A DNA stretch of 63,590 bases, counting the filler, from Kipferlia bialata (lineage: Eukaryota): assembly GCA_003568945.1 (NCBI GenBank). It is 7 parts of 6 records of this genome, joined end to end, with 100 filler letters (N's around TTAATTAATTAA, not from the genome) between each part and the next. Parts side by side here need not be neighbours in the genome. Positions count along the whole stretch, not along the records: positions 1 to 4,853 come from BDIP01000867.1; positions 4,954 to 9,844 come from BDIP01000867.1; positions 9,945 to 23,975 come from BDIP01000868.1; 4 more parts are not named here. The stretch is one strand, 5' to 3'. Every line of letters starts with the position of its first letter. Position 1 is the stretch's first letter. The notes beneath the pieces are model-generated. The model saw only the letters and a program-made list of their open reading frames with translations, ran no database searches and was not told the DNA's origin. The position numbers and the translations under genes were made by a program. Positions 1 through 10,925 of this stretch are shown here, one piece after another.

Positions 1-51
<51 letters not shown>

Positions 52-81
52 GTACTTGCAGTGACTAACATATACACTAAC

Positions 82-2071
82 CTCGTCTGGGTTGATGACC
101 AGGTCCACATCCACAGTGAGGAGGCCGCACACGGGCACCTCGATCTCGACGTCCTTGGTGTCAGTCTCTAGGTTGTTGGATTGTATCTATCTATGACACT
201 GATGCTGATACCTTGGTGATGAAGGCGGGGTGGGAGAACTCGATGCGGAGCTCGGTGTAGTCGCCAGCGAAGGAGGTGAGGTCAAGAAGGTACTCGCCCT
301 GGGGGTCAGAGAGAGATCCGATGTCACTGGAACTAGCATACATATACTATACTACTACACATATACTACTCACATCAAGGTTGGTGGTGGTGCAAGCAAG
401 GAAGTCGACTGAGGCAGGGGGGTAGGCGCAGACAGCTACACCAGGGAGGTCCTGGCCTAGGGGTCAGACAAATAGACGGAGATTAATGTATGAGAGTGTG
501 AGTGTGTGTGTGTTAGGATGGGCATGTACCTGTTCCCTCCTTCTGGACGTGTCCACTGACTCCAAAGAAGTTGCAGGGGGTGCCCTCCAGGAAGTAGGGG
601 CCACAGCCAGTGATCTCAATGACGGCTGGGGTAAGGTGGGGTCCAAGAGAGAGAGACAAAGACAGAGAGAGGGGGAGGAGGGTACGTACGTGCGCACTGG
701 AGGGGGTCAATGACGGAGCAGCTCTCGTCGCAGTCGTCAGTGCCACACAGGAGGGTGGTGTTGGGGGAGACGGCGTTGGGGTTGGGGCAGAGCAGGCCGA
801 AGTTGCAGCGGACCTGGGTGTGAGTTAGTGAGAGAGAGCTAATGAGAGAGACAGAGTGAGAGTACGAATATGGGTCTAACCTGGACATCAGCGACGTTGC
901 CGTTGTAGAGGCCCTCAGGAAGGGTCCCCTCGACGTAGGCGCACTCAGCGGTGAAGGTGTCGAGGGTGGGGTTGGACCCGAGGCAGGTGGGGAGGGCAGA
1001 CTCCAGGTAGTTCCTGGGATAAGGAGATAGGAGATACACAGGAGGCAGAGGGAAAGTGGGAGAGAGAGAGAGAGAGTAAGGCCGGTACCTGTTGAGGAGG
1101 AGTGTCTGGAGGCTGGGCATGTCGCATACACACTCAGGGAGGGCGCCAATGACGTTGGCGCCGTTGAGGTTGATGGTGCTGAGCATGGGGAGGTTGCACA
1201 TGCCGTAGGGGAAGGTGGTGAGCATGTTGTTGTCGGTCATGATCTGGGGGTGAGATATACAATATATATATATCCCTCTCTACCCGGCACTAAATGAGAC
1301 TATAACACTCACCAGTGTCTGGAGGTAGGGCAGGCAGCCAATCTCCTCAGGGAGCTGGCCAGTCATGCCGAAGGAGGCCATGCTGAGGGAGATCACGTGG
1401 CCGACGCCATCACAGCCAACACCCTCCTGACAGTGAGGAGAGAGGGAGAGAGTGAGAGAGTGTGTGAGAGAGAGAGAGAGAGAGAAAAATTGTAGATGAG
1501 AAAGGGGGATGGTGTCTACAGGACCTCATTGCACATCTCACCGTTGATAACACCACCCCCGACCTGAAAATACGACGGATATATATAAGTCGGCAATACA
1601 GCTGGTAGATATATGAGTGAGACCCCAAACTTGGGTACATACAACTATCTCGCGGTATACAGTAAGCACTGTAGAGACCACTCACCCAGGTGCAGTAGTC
1701 GGGGTAGTTGAGCCAGCCTGGGCCCTGCAGCCAGTAGGGACCGCCTGAAGGGTGAGGGAGGTCACGGGAGAGAGGGAATGGGGAGATGGTAGGTCAACAG
1801 TAGATTGATCACCCACATAGAAACACAGAGTATGAACACCAGTAGAGTAGTAGCCATGGTATGCACCATGCCCCGAACACTGTATCACCACTATATATGG
1901 GCATATATATGAATACTGGGTCAGTATCCATGTGTCTGGCGTGTCTGTACCTGTGGCAATGTAGATGGCCTCGAGGGCGTCCCTCTCGTCGATGCCATAG
2001 CACAACGAGGCACTCGCAGGCACAGCGCACAACGCCCCGAAGAGCAGAAGCGCACTCAGAAGGAGAATCAT
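82..2071 (-). CDS. Secreted/surface leucine-rich-repeat protein, multi-exon, 3' partial
   Basis: Signal-peptide-like MILLLSALLLFGALCAVPASA; LRR N-cap (ERDALEAIY...YCTWEGVGCDGVGHVISLSM); plant-type LRRs (MTGQLPEEIGCLPYLQTL, GALPECVCDMPSLQTLLLNRNYL); GT-AG introns keep the frame. Confidence 0.85.
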
Positions 2072-2378
2072 TCTCTTCCCAGAGTGTGCGATGAAGAGGA
2101 GAGGCTTGCAGCGAGAGGGAGACCGAGAGGTTGGCGCCCTCTACTGTGACGATGCCGGGGTATACTGCGATTATACAGCCCTGCTACAGCTAACCCTTTT
2201 TCGCATTGTGTGGGAGGGGGTCAACAGTGAGATTGTGCATATGAATCATACTGTATAGATGAGGTATACTGTTGACCCCGGAATCAGTCTGAGACCGAAA
2301 ATTGAGGGTGTAGGCACCCGTCTTTTTTGATATGAAAAGCTCGGCGAGAGACCTCGACCTTCTTGCCAGGACACAACA

Positions 2379-3649
2379 ATGTCGTTCGTCACATCCCTCC
2401 GTACCCTCTACACCGAGTTTATGAAGAGCACCGACAGGGCATACGGTGTCGGAGATGGGCCAGGTGAGATACTGCACTGATCATTCCACACCGTTTGACG
2501 TATCTCCATATATATACCTTTCAGAGGTGTTATCACTCACTATGTAAGCTTGTATCTTGCTCACTGGCAGGTGTAACGTCCTGGGTGGCCGGCATGACCA
2601 GTGGGTGTGGCAACCAGATGACCCGGTACGAGTCTGGACACTTCTCCGTTAGTCAAACCTCGGTGACCTCTCATGTTTACCCCCTCCCTCATCTCTCAGC
2701 CTTCTCTATGCCAACGTTGCCTCTGGTCGTGGCCTGTTCAGCGGCAGTCTGGCCGTGCCCACCCTGATCAAGACCCAGGTACCTATACACACATCTTTCT
2801 CCACTGACCCCCTTAGTCTCTCTAAGTATCTCTCTCCCTCACTCTCAGGGTGCCGCTGCCACCAAGACAGGCAACAGGGTGGCCAAGTCCATCCTGGACC
2901 TGGCCTCCCCCACCCTGCCCCTGGGTGTCAGGGCATTTGTGTCAGGTACTTGTGCATCCTACCTCGTCAGGCTCAGACTCGTCTCAGTGTCCATATACAT
3001 ACCCTACCTTCCCCATCCCCCCCTCACCCCAGCCGGTATGGGAGATGTCTGCGGGTGCCTTGTCGGTACCCCCCTCTCCAACTACGCCAGCAGAGGTCTC
3101 TTTGACTACGAAGGTATTTCCCTATGTGTGTGTTACTGTCAGGCATAGACACACAGTCTGTTTCTCCTCTCACTCTCAACTGTAGGTGTTGGCACCCCCA
3201 TCTTTGGCGCCTTCATAGCCGGTGGCACTGAGGGTCTGGCCAGCCACATGGGCGCCAAGGTAATCCATAGTCACATACCAGTATCAGTATCCTCTATTAC
3301 TCTGTCTCATTCTTTTCCCCCTCTGTCCTCACCATAGATGTTTGGTCTGAACAAGAACGACCTTGGCAGGCGTCTGAGGCCCACCGAGGCATTCACCCTG
3401 GGATGCTGGGCTGGACTGTGGGCCGGTCTCCCAAAGGGTATGATGAATATATATATATATGTGTAAGGTTACTGTATGTCTATAGAGTATAACTGACCCC
3501 CAGTGTTCTTTGCCCGTACCAGGGACACCACCGGTGCCCTCTCCTCTCTCCCCTCGATGCTCTCCTTCCTGGCTGCCAACACCATAGCCACTGGGTCCAA
3601 CTTTGTTGGGTACGAGGTGGGGTGCAGATACATGGCAAGGCACGAGTAA
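2379..3649 (+). CDS. Gly-rich membrane protein, probable divergent mitochondrial carrier (SLC25-like), 8 exons
   Basis: Spliced frame MSFVTSLRTLY...SWVAGMTSGCG...AFVSAGMGDVCGCLVGTPL...AFTLGCWAGLWAGLP...AANTIATGSNFVGYEVGCRYMARHE*. Three Gly-rich helices and a C-terminal NxxxxxxxFxxYE helix resemble carrier helices, but PX[DE]XX[KR] motifs are degenerate. Confidence 0.55.
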
Positions 3650-4061
3650 GGACACCAGGAGAGTGTATATGTATCCGATGGCTTGCTCTGTAGTACAGCC
3701 ATAGGTTTCTTATGGATTGAATACTTCACTATTTGTAGGGCGTGGTCTGATTCCCGTGTATGGCATCAGCATATCACACCATGTCACTGTACCAATAGAA
3801 TTAACGAGAGAGGGCATTGTCTCCTTCAATTCATCTAAAACTACAATATTTATGAAAGAGACACGACAGTGTCTACACCTGCATATGTATGAATCCATAT
3901 AGAAGTGGTATATGCTGATGACTCAGCATGGGTCTACCATAGGCCTCGCCAGGCCAACTATGGGACCCCTTAGGGTATGTATGCGGTATGCCGATGGGTG
4001 GGACATCCTCCTAGACAAGATACTGCCAGGAGACACGGTAACAGAGCAACTCCTCCTCCTC

Positions 4062-4799
4062 CTACAGACTGCCTGAGAACACCAGGCCCTCATCGCTCAG
4101 ACAGGCCACAATGTCCCCGTCCTCAGCGCTGATGCCGCACCAGGCCTCTCTGTTGATGAGGATGGCATCCAGCAGACTCTGGATGATCGAGGCGAGGGGG
4201 GGACAGGTCTTGTCGCTAGCGGCAGCCCTGGCTCTGTCCAGGGCCGGCACTGAGGCAGAGTGGCCTAGGAAGTCCCACTTCTCGGCAAAGGATGCAAAGG
4301 CGCAGAAGGACCTGGCGTAGCGCAGTACAACGTAGTCGATGAAGGAGCGCTGGCACTCGATGATGGCACCCACTCCCTCCTCCCTATCCCTGTAGGAGGT
4401 GATCTGAGGTCAGAGAGAGGGAAAGAAAAGAAAAAAGGGGGGGTGACTTCATATCTGGTAGTGCACGAATGGTCAGGCAAGAGTACACATGTGTAGAATT
4501 TATATATGTGCCAGCTGAGGATACCTCCAGTCCGTATGCCTGCTCCAGGTCACCTGTCCTGAAGAACTCCCGCATCACATTGAGGGAGTGCTGTCTAGCC
4601 ACGGAGAACGGCCTAGGGGTGAATACATAGGTGAGTATGTACTGTATTGTTACTCCCTGCCTCACCTTCCCGCGTTGCTGATATCTGCCATCCTCATGAT
4701 GCCCTTCAGCAGACACTCCTGCACCTCTGAGAAGTATGCGTCTCCCTCGTACTCTCCCTGGGCATACTTGTCCATGTCTGAGGCGTGCACAAACACACT
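4062..4799 (-). CDS. Class I cyclic nucleotide phosphodiesterase, C-terminal catalytic part (5' partial)
   Basis: Spliced LLKGIMRMADISNAGRPFSVARQHSLNVMREFFRTGDLEQAYGLEVS...IIECQRSFIDYVV matches PDEase_I motifs ADISN, EFFxQGD and QxxFIDxxV. Confidence 0.85.
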
Positions 4800-4853
4800 C
4801 TGGGGGTGGGATGGGGGGGGGGGGGAAGAGAGAGAGAGAGAGAGAGAGAGAGA

Positions 4854-4952
4854 NNNNNNNNNNNNNNNNNNNNNNNNNNNNNNNNNNNNNNNNNNNNTTA
4901 ATTAATTAANNNNNNNNNNNNNNNNNNNNNNNNNNNNNNNNNNNNNNNNNNN
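4854..4952. other. Artificial contig spacer (also at about 9845, 23976, 38077, 45888 and 59978)
   Basis: N-run, TTAATTAATTAA, N-run; identical each time. Confidence 0.98.
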
Positions 4953-5063
4953 NTTTGGTAATATCACAGTCCCATAGCCTCCCCCCCCCACCCGCTCCAT
5001 ATTAATAACGCTATACTGAGTGGCAGTGGTAATCGAGTCCCATAGTATCCCCACTAACTCCAG

Positions 5064-7707
5064 GCCGCTGCTGCTGCCTCTGACAAGGCCGTCCCCACCA
5101 TCGAGGAGGCCACACGGAGACTGGCTGTGGTCAACCTGGCATGGGACGTCGTCACGGCATCGGACATGTACGGGAGTCGCATATCTATCTATCTGTAGTA
5201 TCACGCAAGTATCACTATAAGTGTATACTATATTGTATCATTAGACGTGGTCACGGCATCGGACATGTACGGGAGTCGCATATCTGTATATCTGTAGTAT
5301 CACGCAATATCACTATAAGTGTATACTATTATATATCATTAGACGTGGTCACGGCATCGGACATGTACGGGAGTCGCATATCTGTCTATCTGTAGTGTCA
5401 CTATAAGTGTATACTAGATGATACTACGCCTGACCCCCTAGCTTTGTGATCCTTGCCTCCTTCGTGCCCTCTGGAGAGTCCCTGCACAGTGTGCATGTGG
5501 TCATGAGTGAGTACGGCAGGGAGAAGCTGGCTCTGGAGGACGTCAAGGTACAGAGTGTGCACTCATCATATCTGATGGAATGTTCTACACCACCTACCCA
5601 CCCCTCACCCCGGGGACCCCCCATCAGATAGTATATATGCTCTCCCACCCCTCACTCCCCAGGGCCCCCCCCTCGGTGACTTTGAGGCAGCTGCCAGGGA
5701 ACACTTTGATGGGGGTGAGGTGGACGACACTATCCTGGGCAACCTCATGGTCAGGTGGGTGGATCTGTATATACATCGCCTGGACACTTACTAGTAGATA
5801 GGTAGTGATATGCTGGGACTCATAGGGTACAATATGGCTATCATATAGTATCCACTGAATGTTACTCCCTTCCATCTCTCACCCCCAGGCTCTACGAGGA
5901 GGACCGCCGCCGCTACTTCTACGCCGTGGTCACCTTCTCCTCCCCCACCGCTGCCCTCAATGTCTATGCCAACGTGGATGGGGAGGAGGTGGAGAAGACA
6001 GGGTCCGTGTTTGACCTCAGATTCGTGCCAGGTATAATCTCATATAAGAGACCTACGGTTGTTTCTATGTATGACTCTATCTAGACTCCTTAGAGATGTG
6101 CTTGTCCCTCACCCCAGACGACTGTGAGCTCGACATCTCCCAGCCCAGGGACCTGTGCACAGAGATGCCAGACAGGTACCGACACACACACACACACTCT
6201 CTCTCTCTCAGCGACTCTCCCTTCTCCTCCCGTCTTACCCTAGATACCGCAAGGTTGCCTCTGTGGCGTCCACCACCCAGATGAGCAAGGCCAGACTCAG
6301 TTGGGACCAGACAGACCCCAAGCGCTACCAGGTATGTAGTGCATTACCCCCTCTACTCCCTATATATACTTATATACTGACCCCAGATGCTGACCAGACG
6401 CTTTGACGGTGAGGACGAGCAGCTACTGGACATGGCTGAGTATCTAGCCCCAGGTGACATGGACGATGAGGACGAGGAGGCTGAGGGCAGGGGGGAGTAC
6501 CTCGACCTGCTCAAGACAGACAGGTGCAATGCGGTGCATATATATATGTATGTTTGTGTATACTTCCCTCTCACTCACACCCCAGGAACGCTGCTCCTAC
6601 CGGTGACCTGGAGATTGAGTTTGTGTCCTCCTTCGACAGCGGGGTGAGTATCTCTAAACACCACTCCCTATCATCATATCTTCCTCTATATATGTACCCC
6701 TCTCTATCATCACATCTTCCTCTATATAGTCTACCCCTCTACCCCTCTCTGACTGCCAGGTCCAGGACAAGATAGATGCCCTGGTGGCCAAGAGGGACCA
6801 CGACGCACTCACACCCTGGGAGCAGGTACCCAATACTCTACCACCTATTCTTTATCTCTCTATCTCTCTATACTCACTTTCTATATATATACTCACCCCA
6901 GGTGCAGCTGAAGAAGAAGAAGCGCAAGTCCAAGGGCAAGGTCGACCCCCTCGACATGCCCATTGCATCCAACCCAGACGAGTTCCTGGGTACGTGCATG
7001 CTCTCTCTCTCTCCCTGACTCTCTCTCCAATAGCACACTCTCTCTCTGTAGTACTCGCTCTCCTCCTCACCCCACAGCTGGCCAGGACGCTGTCTCCGAG
7101 GAGGAGGAGGTGGAGGAGGAGGAGTCTGCAGCCGATGACGGTCTGGTGGGTCTGCTGGTGGCAGGGGCAGACACAGAGGCAGGGCACGTCGACCTCGCCA
7201 TCCTCGACCAGGCCAGGTACGTATATATATACATATATATAGATATATGGAGAGTTCTATATACTACATGTTCCACTCTCCCTCCCTCCCCCCTCTGAGC
7301 TAGTCCCCTAACCCCTATCTATAGTCTACCCCCCTTAGGAAGCTGCAGGACCGGTCCATCAACAAGAGGGGCAAGGCCAGGAGGCAGGCCACGGAGAAGC
7401 TCGACGGCCTCCTGGCCAAGCACGCCTGGCTGGCAGGGTGCCTGGAGGGACAGGATGTGGACACGAAGGACTCTAGGTTCAGTGCAGTCTTCGACGGAAA
7501 GGAGAGGGCATTTGCAGTGGATACCACACACGCAGAGTACAGGTACGGGATGTGTACCTATACCAATGTCTACTTTCTCTCTCTCTCTCTCTGTATCTCT
7601 CCCTCACCCCCAGGGCCACATCTGCCTCCGACCAGATTGCGGCAGAGAGGCGTGCTGCCACTAGGGCGGAGCCCGAGGAGCCAAGTGCCAAGAGGGGCAT
7701 GGAGTAG
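5064..7707 (+). CDS. ESF1: Pre-rRNA processing protein ESF1 (5' partial)
   Basis: TRRLAVVNLAWD; RYFYAVVTF...NVDGEEVEKTGSVFDLRFVPD; KARLSWDQTD; NUC153-like DSRFSAVFDGKERAFAVDTTHAEYR; TAG at 7705-7707. Confidence 0.9.
5145..5415 (+). repeat. About 98-bp tandem repeat (3 copies) spanning an exon end and 5' splice site of ESF1
   Basis: GTCACGGCATCGGACAT|GTACGGGAGTCGCATATCT at about 5151, 5250 and 5348. Confidence 0.95.
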
Positions 7708-8340
7708 GGGGCGTGACATACTATCTGGAATGGTAGAGTTGAGGTGGTGGGTCTGATCCCATACCATATGTTTCTTTGTTTTCATGTCTCAGGTGTGAGT
7801 GTATATTGTCAAAATAGTTCGTGAATAGAGTGGTTTCTGTTACCAGGTCCTCTGGTGAGTACAGATACATATATATACAACCATACATACACGTGGCCAA
7901 AGAGATGGAATTGAATCAGGACTCTATTCAAGGAAAATTGCGAACAACACGAGGTATTACTACAAACGCGCACACTCAGTATCGCACTAAGCATTGGCCA
8001 GATATCCTCGGAGTGCAACACCCCCTCGTGCATCCAAGCGAGTATCCAAGCGGCAGCACGCGGGGGTCACTGGTTAAGCTCGACAGGACCTGCCACTGCC
8101 GATGACCACCAACACGACAGACAGACAGGGCCAGCGCTGGGTGCAGAGTCGGGTATGGGTATACTCCAGCGTGTCCGTGAGACCCGCCAACACCCCATGA
8201 CTACTACTAGGCACCTAGTATTGGTTCATGTCTGCATCCAAGGGTTTGGAAGCAGACACCCGAGTCCTATGAAGGGAGGGCCGGAAGAGGGAGTGACCCT
8301 GGTACCGTCCTGGTCCTTAAGCCCAGCACAGTCCACATAC

Positions 8341-8989
8341 TCAGTACCCCGATGACTCTGCCTCCGAGTCTGACTTGATGGGGTCAAACCCTTCCATGAA
8401 GGAGGGTCTGGCTGGGCCACCCGCCCTCTCCTCGCTCTCCTCGCTCCCCTCGCTCTCCTCCTCCTCAGACCCATCGGACAGGATGTTGGGGTTCTGTCTG
8501 GGGGTGAGGGGTGGAGAGAGAGAGAGGGAGAGAGAGAAGGAGGGAGAGGAGGGAGACTACAAGTGAGAGATTGTTCTGCCACCAAAGTACCTTGCCAATC
8601 TCTCTCTCTTAGCCTCGATCTCATTCATAGCCGCTTCCTCGAGGTCCTCCTGATGTATTAGTGACGCAGTCCCCACAATATAGAAACAGCAGAGCATACA
8701 AACGCATATGAGCGGGCAGCAATAGCCTATAGTACAAGTGACCCACCTCGTGATCAATGAGGAAAGCCTCCAGCTCCTGGATCAGTCTTGTGTGGGACTC
8801 CACATCCTGCCCGTCAGAGCTCAGAATGGTCTCCGCACTGCGCAGCTGAGCCCTTAGGGCCTCAAAGAACATGACGTAACTGGGGGCAACTGCGAGCTCA
8901 GGCAAGTCATTCTGCTCGATCATTGGCTTCATATGGTCAACCATACTACCGAGTGAGGCAATGATCTCTCTAATGTTGGTAGTGTCCAT
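8341..8989 (-). CDS. Hypothetical acidic/coiled-coil protein, 3 exons
   Basis: MDTTNIREII...FLIDHE|EDLEEAAMNEIEAKRERLAR|QNPNILSDGSEEE...SSGY* with canonical introns. Confidence 0.7.
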
Positions 8990-9263
8990 GTATGCGTGGC
9001 AGCCTCAACGACGGAGGGAAGTGCACGATGAGCTCCCACGTAACGCTACACCCTTACCACATTTTTGGACCCTTTTCGCATAACAGAGTTGTGCCGCAGT
9101 AGGCCACACTCTTTTGAACCGCTCACTCTTTCTAAGATGGCATCCCGTTCTCAGCGTATGTAGTACGTACCCTGTTTACATATGTATAATGGTTGATACT
9201 AATAAGTGCACAGTGTATCACATCTTTGCCTGATCTTACGCCAGTGAGGAGGTCACCGATGAG

Positions 9264-9617
9264 ATGGCCCCTGAGCCCGAGACCATGTTCACCCCCCTCG
9301 ACGCCCTGCTGCAGGCAGGTGTGGGAGCTGGCGACATCAAGAAGCTGCGCGAGGGCGGTGTGACGTCTGTGGAGGGCATCGTCATGGTGACCACCAAGGC
9401 CCTTGCCGACATCAAGGGATTGAGTGACTCCAAGGTGTCCAAGATCATAGAGGCCGCCAAGCAGATCATGGGCGCAGACAGCCTCATGACCGGTAACGAG
9501 TACATGCAGAAGCGCAGCAAGGTGTTCCACGTGTCCACTGGCGGGACTGTGCTGGACCAGTTGCTGGGAGGCGGCATTGAGAGCATGGCCATCACTGAGG
9601 TGTTTGGGGAGTTCAGG
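9264..9617 (+). CDS. DMC1: Meiotic recombinase DMC1, N-terminal part (true start may be 9137; cut by contig end)
   Basis: DIKKLREGG...IKGLSDSKVSKIIEAA...STGGTVLDQLLGGGIESMAITEVFGEFR. ESMAITE is DMC1-like rather than RAD51-like (ETGSITE). Confidence 0.88.
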
Positions 9618-9944
9618 TATGGATCTAGCATGGTACACGGTCCCCTGATATAGTGCAGAGGTCGCGTGCATGTGTATATAGTCTGGTTGAGGCCTGTGAT
9701 GTTGTTGCAAGATTGGGTTGGATTGGATTGACTTCTCCCACTTTGTGGCCCTTGTCATGTAGTGCCCATACTGGCATGCTTGCACTGCATTACTTTCCAT
9801 ACTGGATTGACATTTACTATTCAGTACCCCCCCCCCCCCCCCCCNNNNNNNNNNNNNNNNNNNNNNNNNNNNNNNNNNNNNNNNNNNNTTAATTAATTAA
9901 NNNNNNNNNNNNNNNNNNNNNNNNNNNNNNNNNNNNNNNNNNNN

Positions 9945-10003
<59 letters not shown>

Positions 10004-10141
10004 TGATGACTGGAGCTCAGACATCTACAGGGGAGGGGAGGGGGAGAGAGAGGGAGAGAGAGGGAGAGAGTAGATTTGAGGAAGGGAAGGAAAATCATTC
10101 ACATACATTCACACACACACATATGTACGGTCTTGACATAC

Positions 10142-10432
10142 CTTGAGGTGCTTCTTGTCCAACATGGACTGCAGATAGGTGACTGGGGTGAGAGAGAGAG
10201 AGGGAGAGACGGACTCTAACACAGGCTCAACCAACTATGTATAGCTCTACCCCCTCCTTCTATCGCTGCCTGTACAATGCCTGTACAATGCCTAGTGGTT
10301 ACACCCCTCCAGGAGATATATACATACATACAAATGCACCACCGCACCCAGCAGGTTGGACTCCCTCAGGGCCACGTGGCACTCCCCAATGGTCTTGGGC
10401 AGAGACTCGGGGTCAAAGGAAGGGCTCGACAT
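10142..10432 (-). CDS. First two exons of a hypothetical protein (3' partial)
   Basis: MSSPSFDPESLPKTIGECHVALRESNLL|VTYLQSMLDKKHLK with a CTCACCCCAG acceptor and GT donors. Confidence 0.5.
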
Positions 10433-10925
10433 CACAGTCTAGACAGTATCTATGCCTACAGAGTCAGACGTCGGGTGCAGCTGTCAGCGAGGACAGCGCG
10501 GGTGCTCTGGAATCTATCCACAGGCAGACTGGCAGGATGACCCACAAGGGTATGGGGGCAGATCTCTATACTGATACTAGTCCCTCCCAGTCTGTCCCAC
10601 ACTCTCAGTCAGCAGGGCCCCTCTCAAAGGATCTGACACAACCAGCAAGAGCGACTGAGGTGCAGCCTGACACAGGAGACAGCCAGCTACACTCTGTTGC
10701 AGAGTAGTTGAAGAGACGTGGCTATGGGTCCCAACCAGAGGACAAAATCCAAAATATTTGTTACATTTAGGGTCTACGCCGTAGACTCTACGGACAAGGT
10801 CATGATCATAGGATTCTGATTCTTGTCACAAAAGTGCTTTCAATAGGACTCTCTCCACCAGGGTCACCTAGTAACCTAACCACCTGTCCAAGTCTATTGA
10901 GGGCATCCCTGTGTGTCAATATCCA

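Noticed and set aside
1..50. Poly-G/C runs as G-quadruplex or telomeric elements
   Set aside because: They cluster at contig ends and gaps, so lengths are unreliable. No telomeric repeat array is present.
4854..4952. Recurring TTAATTAATTAA palindrome within N-runs
   Set aside because: Artificial six-frame-stop contig linker. Gene neighbourhoods across it are meaningless.
9132..9800. 222-aa minus-strand ORF
   Set aside because: Antisense shadow of DMC1.
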